A stretch of DNA of 64,000 nt from Ruditapes philippinarum (Eukaryota). The position numbers and the translations under genes were made by a program. Below, one piece after another: positions 36,223-52,200 of this stretch; position 1 is the stretch's first letter, and each line of letters opens with the position of its first letter. The DNA lies in NCBI RefSeq assembly GCF_026571515.1, contig NW_026859119.1:248001-312000 (forward strand), written 5' to 3'. A model generated the notes under the pieces. It ran no database searches, was not told where the DNA came from, and saw only the letters and a program-made list of their open reading frames with translations.

Positions 36223-37500
36223 TACCGGGTGTTTCATAATATGTGTCCCCATTTCAAATGCTTATAACATTTATATAATTCATTTAGATACACATTCAGT
36301 TTTTAAGAATGTTTTACACATGGAACAAAGTTTTACATAATGTATAATTCATAAGGATTTCTTACCTTTGATGTAAATATTCATGCTTTGAACTTTGACA
36401 GGATATACTCTAAATGACGTACTTTTTGCTCAATAACGGCGTCTACTCTGTGTAAAAAAATGCGAATCACTGAGGCACAAGTCTCACTACTTATATTTCT
36501 GATTTCTCTTGTTATGGCTGCTTTTAGGTCATCAGTGGTTTTACGCGAAGGTTTTTACATGTACACACGGTCTTTAAGATACCCCCAAAGAAAAAAGTCC
36601 AGAGGACTCAAATCAGGAGAGTGGGGAGGCCATTCAATGGCATTCTTCAACGAAATGAAGTTTTGGCCGAACGTCTCTTCCAACCATACCAGTACACCTG
36701 TGGCTGTATGTGGGTCAGCTCCATCCTGCTGAAACCATATATCGCCTACATTTACAACTTTCTTTCTCAATGCTTGCATAAACTTTCTTTTAATAATATT
36801 CAAGTAGCGATCTTCATTTACTGTTTCCTGTCCTCGTAGAAAAATGAACCAATAATTTCATTTGCACTTAACGCGGCCCACACCATAACCTTTTCTGAAT
36901 GCGGTGTTGTTTTTTTTTTTTTTTTTTTTTTTTTTTCTAAATAAATTCTGGCTTTTCAGAACCGCAGTACCTGCAGTTTTTCTTGTTCACCTGCGAATTA
37001 AGATAGAAATGTGCCTCATCTGAGAACCATATCTTGTCAGCAATACCACTGTTGTCGATCATCCATCTTGCAAAGGTCACTCTGCGCTCAATGTCGGTTG
37101 GTTTCAAATGCTGCATGATGGATATTGTATAAGGAGTGAGCTTCAAATCATACAGAAGCATTCTATATACACTAGAATGACTGGCAGAGTTAGTAATATC
37201 GCCCAGTACTTGTCTTACATACCTTTGTGGTGTTTCATTTATCACTGATTGCACTTGCCCAATATTTTCAGGAATTGTTACAGTTCTAGGACGTCCAGGG
37301 TTAGCATGCCTTCTGTCTTCAATCAAACCTGAAGCCTCATCAAATCTTTGTATAATTCTCTGCATGTTTTTCTTATTAAGATCCCTTAGATCAGGGTACC
37401 GGTATTTCTTTTTTTTATTGCTCTTATTACAGTGATAGGTGATTTACTTTCATAATAAAGTTTAACAACTTCCTTAACTGCTCTTTGGATGGCGCCATCT
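36223..37500 (-). mobile_element. Tc1/mariner element, DD41D (rosa/Visitor-type) transposase pseudogene
   Basis: TA-CCGGGTGTTTCATAATA terminus; GRPR, WFSDEAHFYL, and QQDGA followed by 41 residues to the D of SPLDFFLWGYLK. Interrupted by frameshifts and a poly(T) run at 36909-36936. Second TIR not found. Confidence 0.85.
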
Positions 37501-38559
37501 TGTTTATACGGATAACAGGAAATGTATATACAAGTCAATTGTATACATTGCTGTGCAATTCAATATGTACCATCTCTGCTATTACAAGCACCTGCTACTT
37601 TCGGTTGGGAGCCTTGCAGAAAGTTGACTAGTTTATAAACTGTTATAAAAATTGCGTATAAAATAAGTGTTAATAAAATCTTTCGTATGTCAATAACTTA
37701 AAAACCACTCTTCCCTACATGATATTACTAATTGTATTAAAATTTAGATTTATTAGTATGGTACTTTGGTGTCGTTAACGAAAATAATGGCCTCCATCTA
37801 AAGTTTGCAAAATCACTAGCCGTATGTTCACAATCTAGTCATAACATTTCCACAAGTTTGAATATTACAATTATTTGATTTCATTCGAAAATATTTATGT
37901 TTTGGTGTAAATTGAATTTGTAGAAACAAAACAAATAAATTAAAGGGCCTCCTAGGGCAATTATTACTAAATGAGATACCCCATCGATAGAAATAGCGAC
38001 AAAACAAGTTTGTAGGTGTTCTGATTAGTATGTTATGCAATGGTTATTTAAAATAATTGTTTAAATCATGTTTTATATAACATTCCAACCACTTATCTTC
38101 ATAAAAGTCGTAATTAGAGCCTATTTATTGCAAATAACTTATTTGACATTAATTGTTTTTATCTAAATAACCTTTAACAAAAATATTACATAATTGTGTG
38201 CTAAAAAATAACTTGGTGTTATTCAAAGAAAACGCATGTTAAAAGTTCCTTGAACTTAGTGAGAGCCCCATTAAAGTCATTAATGAGAAAAGAAATAGAT
38301 TGCACGACGTCATTCTAATTGAAACAACATTGGAACAGACAATGGCAATAATAATTTATCTCACAACCTGCTTATTTATACAAGCTTTTTATTTCAGCTT
38401 TATGATTATATTTAACTCATTTTAGAGATTTTTTAATTAATTAATTGATATTTGTATATTAATAAAGTAAGTAGTATTAGTAAAGTAATACAATAGCGAC
38501 GACACGATTTAATTCAGGTACCTAAAATGATAACTCCTTCACAAGTTAACGTCCCATGC

Positions 38560-39697
38560 ACGATTTGCACTTGTCAAATCTTTCAACCCATGACTCGAAC
38601 ACGTGTTGTAGCCCGTCACATGACATCTCCCGCAGCTGTCTGTCAACGGTACACCTCGGTTTCTCTCTTGACTCAAATTTCGTACCACGAAAACTGTTTT
38701 TTAAAGTTGGAAATAGACAGAAGTCAAATTGCTAGGTCCGGGCTGTAGGGCGAGTGCGGTGACAGATCAACGTCGAGTTTTTTTTAGTGTATCCATGACA
38801 ACGTGGCTTTAATGACTCGGCGGGTTGTCGTTATGTAATATGAATCCAGACGTAAGTAGATGTGGCCGCAATGAGTTCCGTTCTAAGTAATTTTGCATAA
38901 AAGTTCTTAGTGACTGTCGTTTTCGGGGGAACAAAGTGGTTTAACACTACACAGTATGTATAACAGAATATAATGGCCATAAACGTCCCGGCTGTCTTGG
39001 AAATTATCGCTTTTGTAGGGGATAGGGAGGAAGGATACTTCCAGACAGAAAATGATGTTTGTTTTTCGGTTAAAAAAAGTGAGCCCACGTTTCATCACAT
39101 GTTATCTCTCGATTTAGAAAGTAATCTTCTTTTTCACGACATCTCCTATCGTACTGCTGACACATGTTCACCTTTATCCCAATCTGCTCCGATCAAACGA
39201 GGCACCCATCTTGCTGAAACTCGGCGCATTCCTAATCTATCATAATGCCCTGAGCTGCACCATATTAAATAGCGAACTTATCTGCTACGTGCTCCACACT
39301 TATTCGTGTATCTCAGAGTATGTACTCCTGAATAGTTCTTCATCTGTTACAGTCACTGGTCTTCCTGCACGACTGTCGTCTTCAGTTGCCTGACTGCCGT
39401 CTTTAAACCGCTTCATCCACTTTGAAATGGTACGTTTTGACAGAGCTGCCTCTCCGTAAACTTTTTGCAAATCTTCACGAATATCAGAAAAAGACTTTCC
39501 GAGTTTTGTGTAAAATTTTATAATAATATAAATAAATGTCATTTACAGTTTATGACGTCATAAGTGGTGACGTCAAAGTTGTATACATAGTAGGATCAAT
39601 TTGAAATAATCTGTTTTAACAGCATTCAAATTTCATTTTAAACGGACCAGTAGTTTGACGCTATTGAATTAGTTTACGAATTTATTGATGCACCCTG
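38560..39697 (-). mobile_element. Mariner (Mos1/Hsmar-like) transposase relic
   Basis: IIKFYTKLGKSF..LQKVYGEAALSKRTISKWMKRFKDG..EDDSRAGRP and PYSPDLA..F.LFPTLK; TIR-like CAGGGTGCATCAATAAATT at the right end. Confidence 0.8.
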
Positions 39698-42600
39698 GCA
39701 TCATACCAACTTTGAGATTAAGTTCACTTAATATCAACTTCAATTTGGTATGTGCGTACAGTATATTTGCTTCATATAAATGAATAGTAAGATTTGTTCC
39801 TCCGAAAGTGATCAGATACTTCTTATACTTGTCAAATAAATTATAACAGTCAGGTGAAGATTTTCTGATGTTAAAATAATTGGAAAAACGTCAAACCAAC
39901 CTTTGTATAAGTTGAGCAATTGCACTTTTCCCGAAATGGGACTCAAAGAGCTTTATAAAACTGTTAAATGATTTTGCTTTCATCACTTCTAGAATTGTGG
40001 TCATTGTTGTTGCACCGTTTGGCATTCATTCTGTTCTATCAACATAATAATGTCACATCCGAAAATACCGTGACGCAGAGTAGCAGTATGACGCTTTTAA
40101 TGGAATGACACGAGAAATGTCACATTGAAAGTTCTATGATAACTGCATTATGAACACAACTGTGGATTTTTCTTAATTCAAATTTTAGTTAAAATGTTGA
40201 ATTCTACTCCTGCGTGAATGGAAGCTTGTTTAGTACTGTCCGCGAGCAGACTCAATCAAACCAGGCCTTTTTCTATATACTTGGTGTGTTCAGCATTCAT
40301 AAGAAAGTCCGTTTATCTCTATTTATACAAAATCGTTAAGAATGTCATTAAATGGAAGAATATGACATCAATAATTTTGTTTGTTAGTTGTTGTTGTTTT
40401 GTTTTGTTGTTGTTGTTTTTTCTTTTTCCTTTTTCTTTATATATCTTTTTTGTCGAGAAATCATTTATCTGTATATAAGAAAATATATGTAATGAAAATA
40501 TTCTGGCTTTCTGGCAATTAAACTTCTCGCAAGACTTTCAACAATTATGCTAGACGATCAATTTATTTCGGAGAAACGAGTTGTGGTAAATTATATGGTA
40601 TGTCATTCTCAAAAGGTCATCGTCTCTCGCTAGGTCGGAGTTAAATAATGGGTATGTTGCCATTTCCCTGGAATAGCACTTAAAAGCATAAAGACACACA
40701 TGACGATTATTGCCGTGATGATTGAACGTTTTGCATTTATAAGTTTAATCCGCTCCTCTAAAATATAAGAAAAATTAACAAATATCGTGTAAATGTTAAT
40801 GTCCTTATTTATTTCCTTGAAAATACATCAACAGTTAAAAGTAGTTACCATGTTTGACTGTATAATATATTTAAACGGAAGTCGTGTCAAAAAGATTTAT
40901 ATTGGTGAATTTATCAGGAGAACAAAAATACGATTGGTGTAAATAAAGATATAATAAAAATGAAACGCATATTTTAACATTTATCCATTTTTCGTGCTTA
41001 AAGTGTCACATCTTGATATGATTGTAATTCTGTGTACGTGCATGCGTGTATACGTGTGCATGGAATAAACGTTTATTTATAGTCGCCTCCAGAAAACCAT
41101 ATTCATGTCTTATTCCAGTAGATTGAATGTTATATAATAACTCTTGGAACTTGGTTCAACGGATTTTTATTTTTCGTGCACGACGAAACTCACAATTTAC
41201 TCAAGACTTCGATTTCCATAGTCTCAGCTAGTAAGTGATTTTGATTGTAGTAGCAAAAGATCAACCTCGCGTGCTAGACGGGTAACATTTAATTCATAAG
41301 CCGGATGAATTCTTTTAAAGAAATTAACTCTTAAAGATAAAAGTGTTAAAGGGATACTCAGGCAAAAAAATGACAAAAATATTTAAATGATCTTATGTAC
41401 TCAAATCACGCTAAAATGACATTTTTAAAAGTTCCAGCATGAATTTATGTATAAATGCTGTATATTTTGGGTTTGAGGTAAATATATGAATATGAAATAT
41501 ATGAAGTAATATTTATGTATATTGAATGAAATTTTGAAGCGGACAGTATCACGGAGTAGTTTTAAAACAAGGATTTTTACTTAAACAAACCCAGGAAGTT
41601 ACAATAATAGATATTGTGGATATTGTATGATTGAAACAAGTAGTCCTAGTCATTCATTTGACACGTTCTTAACGTTCTCAGAGTTAACTGTGACAACTAT
41701 TGTTTAACTTGACCCATGTTAGGAAACCACCATTTCATTCTTTTTAAGGGGAAAAGTTTTGTTCCTTTGTTCATTTTGAGGACATTTACAGAATAATGAA
41801 TGAAAACTTGATAACGAAGAAAGGAAAATTTTGCGTGTGTCTCCCGATTGGAATCGGCAAACATTTGCAAATTGTTAATACATGACATCAGTTCATCATA
41901 AATATGATATATAGACCTACAGTAGGACTTTAACGGAAAAATTGGTGATTAAGCACAAATAATCATAATTGTATTTTAAAGTGACATTATGGCGATTCAA
42001 AATAGTGCACGAGTAAAAGTCAAAATAACTTCATTTTGTCATTGTGTTAAATTTGAAATTTTACTAGGCACAAATATTATTAATCCACTTGACCCACGGA
42101 AATTTTTATAAAGCTCATTCGGAATGTATCGCTTATGTCAATTTTTTTTCAAAAACAAAATGCACTCGGACCGTTTTTTATAAATAAGGTATTTTTTCAT
42201 ATCTTATCCTTATTTTTGTCATTATCAAGTATTGATTAATCTTCATCATTTTAGTCAATCTTTCGAAATATATTGCTAACGCAACTCGACAGCGAAAACA
42301 AAGAGTTTAAAGCCACTTTAAAACAAATAATATGGCCTAATGCATGGACAAAGTTAGGATTGTTGTTTCCCTGATGGTATTAACTTTCTAAATGAGATAT
42401 ATCGTGCCGACACGAACCTCATAACTTGATTATCGTTTAAGTTTATATCTATGACGTAGGCAAGAACTTTTGTATCCTTATATCTGACTATAGAACTATG
42501 TTGAACCAAAATCCTGAAAACCCACATTTTGAAAAGAGTGCAATTTTAGATATATTACAAAGTAGTTTTCGATCATTAAAGAGTGCAAACAAAGCATATA

Positions 42601-43275
42601 TACAGTATTTTCGGCGTTCGAAATAAAACAAGCAAGAACACAAGTTGGTTTGGTTTTCAATATTCCTTTTTCCAAAACACAAAAAACATGTCATTAACAA
42701 ATACATGATAAAACTAGCTATATAAACCTTATCCACTAAAAGACAAATCATTCTTTGCGTCTAAAAACAAAGCAAATGGAATTAATTCTCAAATTTGGTT
42801 GACAATAAAAGCAATAACTTAGCGTCCCTTATTTAGTACGGTTGATATTTCAAGCTAAAAGCAATGCAGCCCCACGTCTACTGTTGAACTTATATGAAAG
42901 TACAAAAATTCAGTTTACATGTTGCATTGTCTTTTACCGTGTTTGATGTGTAAAATGGGGGTTTGTCATATTCACGAAGTGCCTATCTGTTGAAATACAA
43001 GTGGTTTCAAGGGATAATCTTAAAATATATTTTAACAAATATTGTTATATGGAATGAAAGGATTGCGTGAGACTCATGTCTCCCAACTAAACTACTAGTG
43101 TAACATTGTTTCAGTACAAGAATCACAAATATGTCAGTTTGGACACGTGAATGAAATAAAGTAGGCGTGTTTACTGAAAAAAAATGTCTGAAATTCTTTG
43201 GAATTATTCATCTCATTCAACAGGACATTTTCATGTGAGATGAGCACGTGCCAATATCATGTCCCGGATGAAATT

Positions 43276-46200
43276 TCATACTACAACCACTATAAAAATA
43301 GAAATTATGATAGCAGCTATTGATAACCCAATGTCTGTAGCAGACGAACTTGAACATTGTTTGTTCAGTAGCCGGACCGAGTCCCGGCGGTAAATGTTGA
43401 CAGCATCGATGTACAGCGATAGAAGGGAGCTGTCGGTGTTACATTTGTCCTCTATATTGTCGGCTACACAGTCTCGTATCCTGAAAAGAATAAAAAATAA
43501 TGGTATGAAAATAATTATTCATTTATATCACATATCGAAAAATGGCAGTGCCGTTAATTCATAAACGTTTGTCAAAAATGTTTTGATAATGTACATATGT
43601 AATAATTTTTACTGTTTATTATTGCTTTTCATTATTTCATTAAACACATCATTAGGAATATTTTTATTGAAATGTTTGGCTTTCGTTCAGTGCTTTCATT
43701 GAGCATTGTAAGATAGGTCACCATAAGTCCATGTTAAGCCGTCTTTTTAGTGATTCATACTGACACCGTGAAGGTCATAGGACGACTTAAAGCTGTGCTG
43801 TTGGAAGATTACTGCAAACCTGGATAGCTCCCACACTAGTAATTACCCTCTTTCTAGCATAATATGAATCCACAACAAAGAAGTACAGAAGGGCAAGTGG
43901 TTCGAAGTAAGCGAACTTAATTACTCACCACCAGCGAAACATTTGTTTCTTGGTCGGGTTTCACGTTGCACCAATACAGTATAAGTCATATGGTGACTTT
44001 CCAACTTTTAATGGTAGTGGAAAAATATATTGTGCCCTCTGTGCATTATTTTAGGACACAAACAGGCACATGAGTAGAACCACCGACCTTCTACATCTGG
44101 AAAGCTTCCTCGTGTGAAAAAAAAATCCAAAGTTTCTAATGGGATTCGGACCTACAGCGGCAAGGAGCAAGTGGTTTTAAGTCAAGGACCTTAACTACAC
44201 GGCCAGGAAAGCCCTACCACCGCCCCATCCCACCCCCAGAAACATATAAGATTTATATAGAAGTCAGTAAATATATATCCTTACAAGTCATTCTCCTATA
44301 TAATCATACAGAACATAACATGATTATTTATTATACATACTTATGTATTTTAATGTACTAAACATGTCAAAATGTCTTTTTAGATACACGTAGCATTATT
44401 TAAAGTCGTTGTTAAAACGTAATATAAAATAATACAACAAGTAGATAGAGGTCTTTCAAATATTGGACAAATCAAGATAACTCGTAAAATGCTTAAATAC
44501 AACTCTTGTAAGAGTCACTTTCCTTTTTTCAACTGTGCATTATTTCCATTTTTAGGGCATTTGCTATGATCAAATTTTCTCAAGTAATAAATAGAAATCA
44601 GTCTTTAATAAGTTTCAAATAAAATGTTTCAATTAGTTTATTGAATGCCTGCTAATTTGTATAAGAGAATAGTAACTAACTAAAATGTCAGAAATTAAAG
44701 ACAATAACATTAAACTTTAATGAAATTGGAAATTATTTACTATATCATTGAAATAGAGTTAACTTGTCATTTGCCATATTTTCGGATGTTACATGTAGTG
44801 ACGATAAAAGAACTTAAATCTATTTAATTTGACTGGAGCTTTCTTTAAACTTAATATTCCACCTGCTGTCTGGCATCGGAAAAAAATATGTCGTCCGCAT
44901 ACCATGGCATTTAGCAACTTACCGACAAATCTGTTTGGAACTAGGTAAGTTATCTGCCTCTCTGACACATTGTCTAAACTGATTTGAGGTGGATTTCTCT
45001 TCTATGCACCTATACTTGGCAGTGAAATCTAAAATATTTGTCAATTATACAATATAATGACCCATTAGTTAAATGACAATTAAAATAACTTTAAATGTAA
45101 AGTTTATTTATTTATACTTTTTGTTTGTTTGTTTGTTTGTTTCATTTTACGCCCTTTCCCAACAGTTTTTCAGTCATATAGGCGGGTAGTTTCCTAACCA
45201 TCGTTTCTGGAGAGTTACACCAGTACTAGACTACCTTCCTCCGTGCTAAACTACCAAAGCATCTCCCGGGGATCGAACCAACGCCAGAGAGGTAACTGGA
45301 TTAGAAGTCATCGACTCTAACACCTCGACCACGGAGGCCCAAATCGTGATAAATTTGCAAATTAACAGCACATACATATAATTGTTTCAATACTTTAGTG
45401 TTTGAAATTATTTTTTGTACAATATATTTTCATTATTTCAAATGAGTTATGACACATTTACTTTAGTAAATGGGCTAAATTTTATCAGTCTGGTAAATCG
45501 ACAGTTTTTAATTTATTAAAATAATTTCAAACACAGAATTGGTTAGTGTTTATTAGTGTGCATTTACTATATTGAATTGGTCGGCTGTTCTTGACCAATT
45601 TAATTTTGTGAATGCATACTAATACATGTTAAAGCTATCCTTTTTAAAATCTTTCTTTTTTCTGTTTTAGTACATTCTTGAGCATAAAGTCGTAAAAAAT
45701 ACTATCTTATTAAACGACTGATTATTTTTGCATTTATTGATTGAAATTATAGAGTAAATTGTTTAGAATTAGCAGTGCTTAACTGTAAAAAAGCCATCAG
45801 TCTCAAATATGACATTATTGTTTCACATTATTACAATCTCAACTTCATTTCATGCATGTTTTAATTAAAATGTTAATTTTTTTTAAATTAAAAAGTCGTA
45901 GACGTTTAATTGTCGATTTTTTTTATATTTCATAATTTGGATAGACATACCTTCGTTGTTAATTGTATTGCAATGTTCTTTTGAAAAATCATACAATCCT
46001 TTTATATCTTCAGCATCTTCATTTGTAAAGTCGTCACCGTAGCGTTTCGTCAAAGGGGACTGGCATTGACGTAAATTGCTGCGCACGCATCCGATATACC
46101 GGAAGTTACTATAACAAAAAAGTTACGTGTATATATTTAACATTTAATCTAAAAATAAAAAGTTACAAGTAACGACAGAAAGTAATACCAACTGGCTTCC

Positions 46201-49200
46201 CGTGACAATTTATGGGTTTATTTGTAAATTGTCATGCTTCTCTATTCAAACGGAATATTTTCAAGATAAATGAATGTTAATAACATGACTCATGTAAATT
46301 TATTTTTAATTGCATGTGCATCTATATATCCACATTCGGGTTTATAGAGGCGCAAATGCATCGAGGTATTTAATCATTTTTCATGTTCTGTTAATAATAA
46401 AAATATTAATAAAAATATTAATATATAATGATATTGATAAAAAAAATGTATTTATAAAAAAATGTATTTAGAGAAGGTTTCAAAAAAAATAAACAAACAA
46501 TTTTTATAGCTTTTTTTTAAGATTGTAAAGTCACGACGACGGAACTGTTACACGAAGGATGAAGCTATTATGATAACCTGTCAGGAGATCTTGTGATTAA
46601 TGTCACGAGGGAAATACTACAAAACAATTGTCAAAAATGGTTATTTTCATCTTTAAAAAGCGAGTTTTAGGAGCTAAATTAAACTTTATTGATAAAACTC
46701 GCCATCGATCTTGTATTATATGTCAAACACTTATTCATAGTCCATTTTTCATGGCCTATTGTTTAAAATCAGGAAGTTTATACATACATTATATATAATG
46801 TTTATATACTTCGAACCTTGTTCGTATGAATAAAAAAATGATAAAAGTCTGTAAAATAAAATAAAATTTGAGCCAGACTTACTCTTTATCACAGATGACT
46901 TTGTAATTTGGTAGGTTTAACCATGGTGAATTCGAATCTTGGATTGTAAGTCTTTGAGTTCTTTTCACCTTCAAAAGTTCTTGAATACAAATTAAACCTG
47001 TTGCACACGCTGAAAAATAAATGTTAAAAAAGTTAATTTGAAAGTCGAATTGAAAAGTGTAACATTTATAAATGACGCTTTTGTTGATATATTGATTTTA
47101 TGATGGTAGCTATAAAAAAGTTGTTGGTTTTATTTCGTACCTTGCTTAATGAACTTAAATAAAACAAAGGTAAAATAAAACGTTATTTTGTGTCTGTCAA
47201 CAGTCAAAAAAACCTATTTGCCCGAGGGATGAAACTTTTGACACGTGACTTCGTAAAAGTGACTTGTCAGATTATGTGATCACCCTGTTATTTTTGATGT
47301 CATGTAAGGACAGACAATACATGTAGGTCCGTTCTTTTTGCAAATTCATTCAGTGATAACCTCCCTTGTGCACATAAGGCAATACTGAATAATTGAGCAG
47401 TCGGAACAGATAACTGTTATTTAGTTATTAAAAATGTGTGAACATATTAAGTACAAATATCACGATTAATAAATAGGTTTTACTAAATAAGGTCTGATAA
47501 CAAAACGGTATAGCATCAAATATGAGCCGCGTCATGGCAAAACCGAAGTAATGCGTTTGCGACCAGCATGGATCCAGACCAGCCTGCACATCCGCGCAGT
47601 CTGATCAGGATCCATGATGTTCGCTTACAAACCCTATTACAAGTAGAGAAACAGATAGCAAACAGCATGGTTCCTGATCAGACTGTGTGGATGCGCAGGC
47701 TGGTCTGGATCCATTCTGGTCGCAAACGCACTATGTTGGTTTTGTCGTGACGCGGCGCATATATTATAAGACGTCTGAAGTTGACAATATTGATGTTTAA
47801 TTTGCACATGGTGAAATATGATATCTAAAGTAACTTATGTTTTGCCATTTGCTGCTAATATCTAGCCGTTGATCATCGTTGCAACTCATGTTCCTTATAT
47901 ATACTATTAATTCCAACATCGTCATCTCCCAATATAACGGTTTAACATGAAATATCCTAATTACTTTTCTATTTCAAGTAAGGATTTGTGAATTACAACT
48001 CTAGGTATTATTTGTTTAATTCCCCCACTATTCTGATCACATTTTGCGTTCCTTTTTCTTCTCCTTTCTTCTTTCTTTTCACAGTGCCTGTTTAGCAGCC
48101 TATATTGTGCCTTTTCACTGGTCATGTGTGAATGAAAAATGTGTTGGGTTGCAGACCACAAAAGTCGCTACCCATTCACATTATAACGATAAAAGGCTTA
48201 CTTATATAGCTATAAAACAGAATGTTGTTATTGGGAGAGTTATCACCGCCATGGTTTCGAAATATGTGGATATATTTTTAATGTCAGGTATATCTTCTGC
48301 TTAGCCTGCAAGACACCACACCCCATATGCCTGTCTTGCAAGATTTTGCGATTCCCTATTTCGAAAAAATATAACTTAGTTGTTAGAAGATAATTAATCA
48401 TAAAAAGGAAGCATTTTTAAGTTAAGGTGATAAAAATGTTGAAATTAATTTAGACAACTTACAACACATTTGATCGATACTGCTAAAGTATTGAATGTCT
48501 TTGATATGATACGGTCCAAATTCCAACACCTCAACTTCTACTCTGTTCAGAAACGCTGGACATTCCATAAAATGCCGATGAATACATTCAATCAAAGGTT
48601 TTGATCGGTTAACACTGCAAGTACACGAACAAAGAAAGCTACGAAAAAAGCTAAGGGAACCTTTTTAGAACAATAGACACTGATGAATGTAACATGTTTC
48701 ACAATATACCAGTACAAGGCTTGTGACATCACGACATTGCGCAGTAAAAAATGATAAAATATTATGCCAGAAAATGATGATAACAATTTGAAACCTATCA
48801 TACCCTAATCCTTCTCATTTTACTTAATATGTTTTTTATTGGCATTCTAATACCACAACAAAAATCAAGGAAAGCTTTATGTCTGATTAAATATACTCAT
48901 TTCATGAAAACAAAAAATAAATCATTCCATTCACCACAATTTTTAATGTTCAGTAGAGATCTTAATTCGAACTAGTACTCACAGATATCATATAGTGACC
49001 TAAATACGGACGCCTACTCACTAATATTCAATAGTGACCTAAATTCGAACACTTACTTTATTTTCAGTAGTGACCTAATTTGGAACACTAAACTTATTTT
49101 CAAAAGTGGCCTAATTTCAAACACTTACTCACAAATATCATCAATAAAACCGGTTAGATTTTTGATCAAGGACATAATCCATTGCATTCTTGCCCAGTCC

Positions 49201-52200
49201 CTCAAAACAGGCCTACAAAAAATTGTCTTTTCGTGGGACCATACAATTTGTTGGCTTTTTTCGTCGTAGCCGCAAACAGTGACAGTTTTTGTTTGAAAGT
49301 TGTTTCTGTGTGAAGAAAATCATCAAATATCCCTTATTTGAATTGTTGTGTTTGAAGATTTATATTTGAAAATATTCAAACTATGATTCATATCGGATAA
49401 TCTGCATAATTAACACGAATATTTGCATATATTTCAAACTAAGTGATATAAAGTTTATGATAATTTTATATCTAAAATGTCCACGTTTAGATTAACATCT
49501 TTTTTAAACATTTATTTAATTGTACATACACTACATTTCTAGGAATGAAAAATGAAAAATAAAATCACATAATACTGTCACGTGTTACTACTTTTGGCTC
49601 AATTATGTTATTTGGAAAGAACATAGGCACGACTTTTATTTAGTATTATGTACTGAATTCACATTTCAAATGTACTGGTAAACAGTATGGATGAAGTTAC
49701 GACTGTTTTTTACATGTATGAAAGGGATTTGATCAAAAGACCTAAAGCTTTTAATTAATATTCGCATTATACACACACAAGTAAGATAGTATTGGGACTA
49801 AAGACTTCAAATGCTAAATACTACTTGTGCTTTTAATGTATCTGTTTATATTTGTATCGAAAAAAACTTTACATGTATAGCTTTAACTGAACTCAGTTTT
49901 ACGTACATCATAATTATTATGTATATACATCAATACAGCCATGGCGTTGTAATATTTTTTAACATTTTATACATTAAATTTGAATGCATACTGTCTTAAA
50001 AAGGTGCTTTTTCGATAATTCTACGGTTGCAACAAGGCGGTTTAACTGGCTTTGATTTGTTTTTGTCCCATTGAAATGATGCTGTGAAGTCAATTCATCA
50101 GTGCAAAGCAAACTAGTGCAAGTAGCTCTGTGGTGCTTTCAACTCTAAAAAAATATTAACAAATCAATCATAATTGCATTCAAGCAGTATCAAGCTAACT
50201 ACAGCAAAATTTTCCTTTCTGTGTTATTGGACATACCTGGATCAGGAACATTATCTGTGGACAATGGTTTCGCTGTCTTTGGCTCAGTTGTTGTTGACGT
50301 GGACATGTTTGCATCTGCCTGACCAACTTCAAACTGCGAGTGAGTGTGCTCGAAATCGGTAATGTGACCGTAGCTAGATCCAGCACATACTGTAAGATAG
50401 TTATTTAAATTGATTAACATAGCTTTCCTTTTTATCCCTGAAATGGTGTGATTTTTTACTTAGAGCCACGAATGAAAATATCAATTGTTCGAATAAAGGA
50501 GGTCTTCTTTTTAAATAGAATTTCATTTAATTAAGACTGGAAAATTTGTTATTTCGGGCGGTTATAGAGTCCGAAGAATGTGGGTTATGTATGAAGTAAT
50601 AACTGATACATTACAAAAATTACATATGTGACATGAATGTTTATTTACAGAAACACCGACTGAGTGTCAAGATGCGCACGTTTGAACTTAAAGTTATATC
50701 TGTAAAAAGATCTATTTCGGCATAAATAGGGTTTATTTTCAGTAATTGTAATGTGAACAATATGCTTAAATACATTAGCATGTGTTTCTTTGGAATTTCG
50801 ACGAACGAGAAACGTTGACTGTACCTAATCATTATGTTATGCCTATTTGCTTATTTCCGTATTTAATTAAGGAGATTTAGACGTAAATCTTTGTAGAAAT
50901 ATCAAATGTACTTGTATTATGTTAACACTTATAAAGGGATATGGATTTGGCTGAACAGTTACAGTCGTGTAACCATTGGAAGACTTAATTTATGTGTCGT
51001 ATGTTGACAATGTTTCACTAAGTGTGTGGCCTCTTAAAATGAATGTCAACGGTAATAAAAAAATCATTTTGCCCCTAAACATATGCACAGCGTGAGAATG
51101 GATAGATTTATTAGCATAAGAAAAAAAAACCTTTTTCGCATTAAAGCAGCACGCCTCCAGATTTCATGCTTATTTTCATGAAAATTTTGAAAATGTATTT
51201 GAATGAATAATATTGTGAAATAACCAAAAAGGAAGCAATTTACACATTATTAATGGCGCACTTATACAACCCACGTTAATTACCAAAAAGTTGTCAAAAT
51301 ATGCATAAATAGCCCTTACTGCGTTAGTAACGCAGTAGAAATATACTTGTAAATACCAAAAACTCAGTCATAAACCGCACATAACATGTAAAATAATACT
51401 TGAATCTTGAATCATTTTTACTTTTCCTAAAATCTTAGTACATATTTCTCAAGTTTGATTTTATTAAATTATTTTGACTCATCTGGAGGCATGCAGCTTT
51501 AGGGGTATTTGATTGTAACTTAAAGCATTATGAATAAATAATATTCACTTAATGAATAAATATCACAGATTATAAAAATATTAACCATAGGTATGTTTTA
51601 AGTTCGATCAAGTATATTGTAATTGATATTTACTTTGCGTAATGCAAAATAGCATTTCTTTTATACATAGCACGTGCCTTAGAATGTCTGTCGTGCGATA
51701 ACAGATGTATCAGTAATACATCGTGACTTGTTAAGAGTATTTACACGAATATATAGCTGCATTTAACCTTATTTTGAATTAATTTTACATTTACAACTAC
51801 GCGCTATATATTTTAGCATTATTATTCTTATTCATATTCATATTTATTCTTACTTTACTTGGTTTCATCACGTGCTTTTAATTATGTTACGAAAAGTTGA
51901 AATTCGGCCCAGACACATTCTTTTTCGCATACATTTTGTATTTATAATATTGGTGTAATGATAAAAATAGTACATAAGTATATTAGTATGATCATTTATT
52001 AACTCATGTTTCATTGACAACCTGTCATAACGATCGCATTTATGTCTATGTACTTTATATGGTGTATGTTTACAAATTGTCAAAATTAGTAACCAGTGTT
52101 TACAGGTGTTACAGTTCAAGTTGTCAATGCATGGTAAATAATGATTGATATTTTTTTACGAATCATATAAAAAAGTAAATGTATCCTATTTTTATTATTT

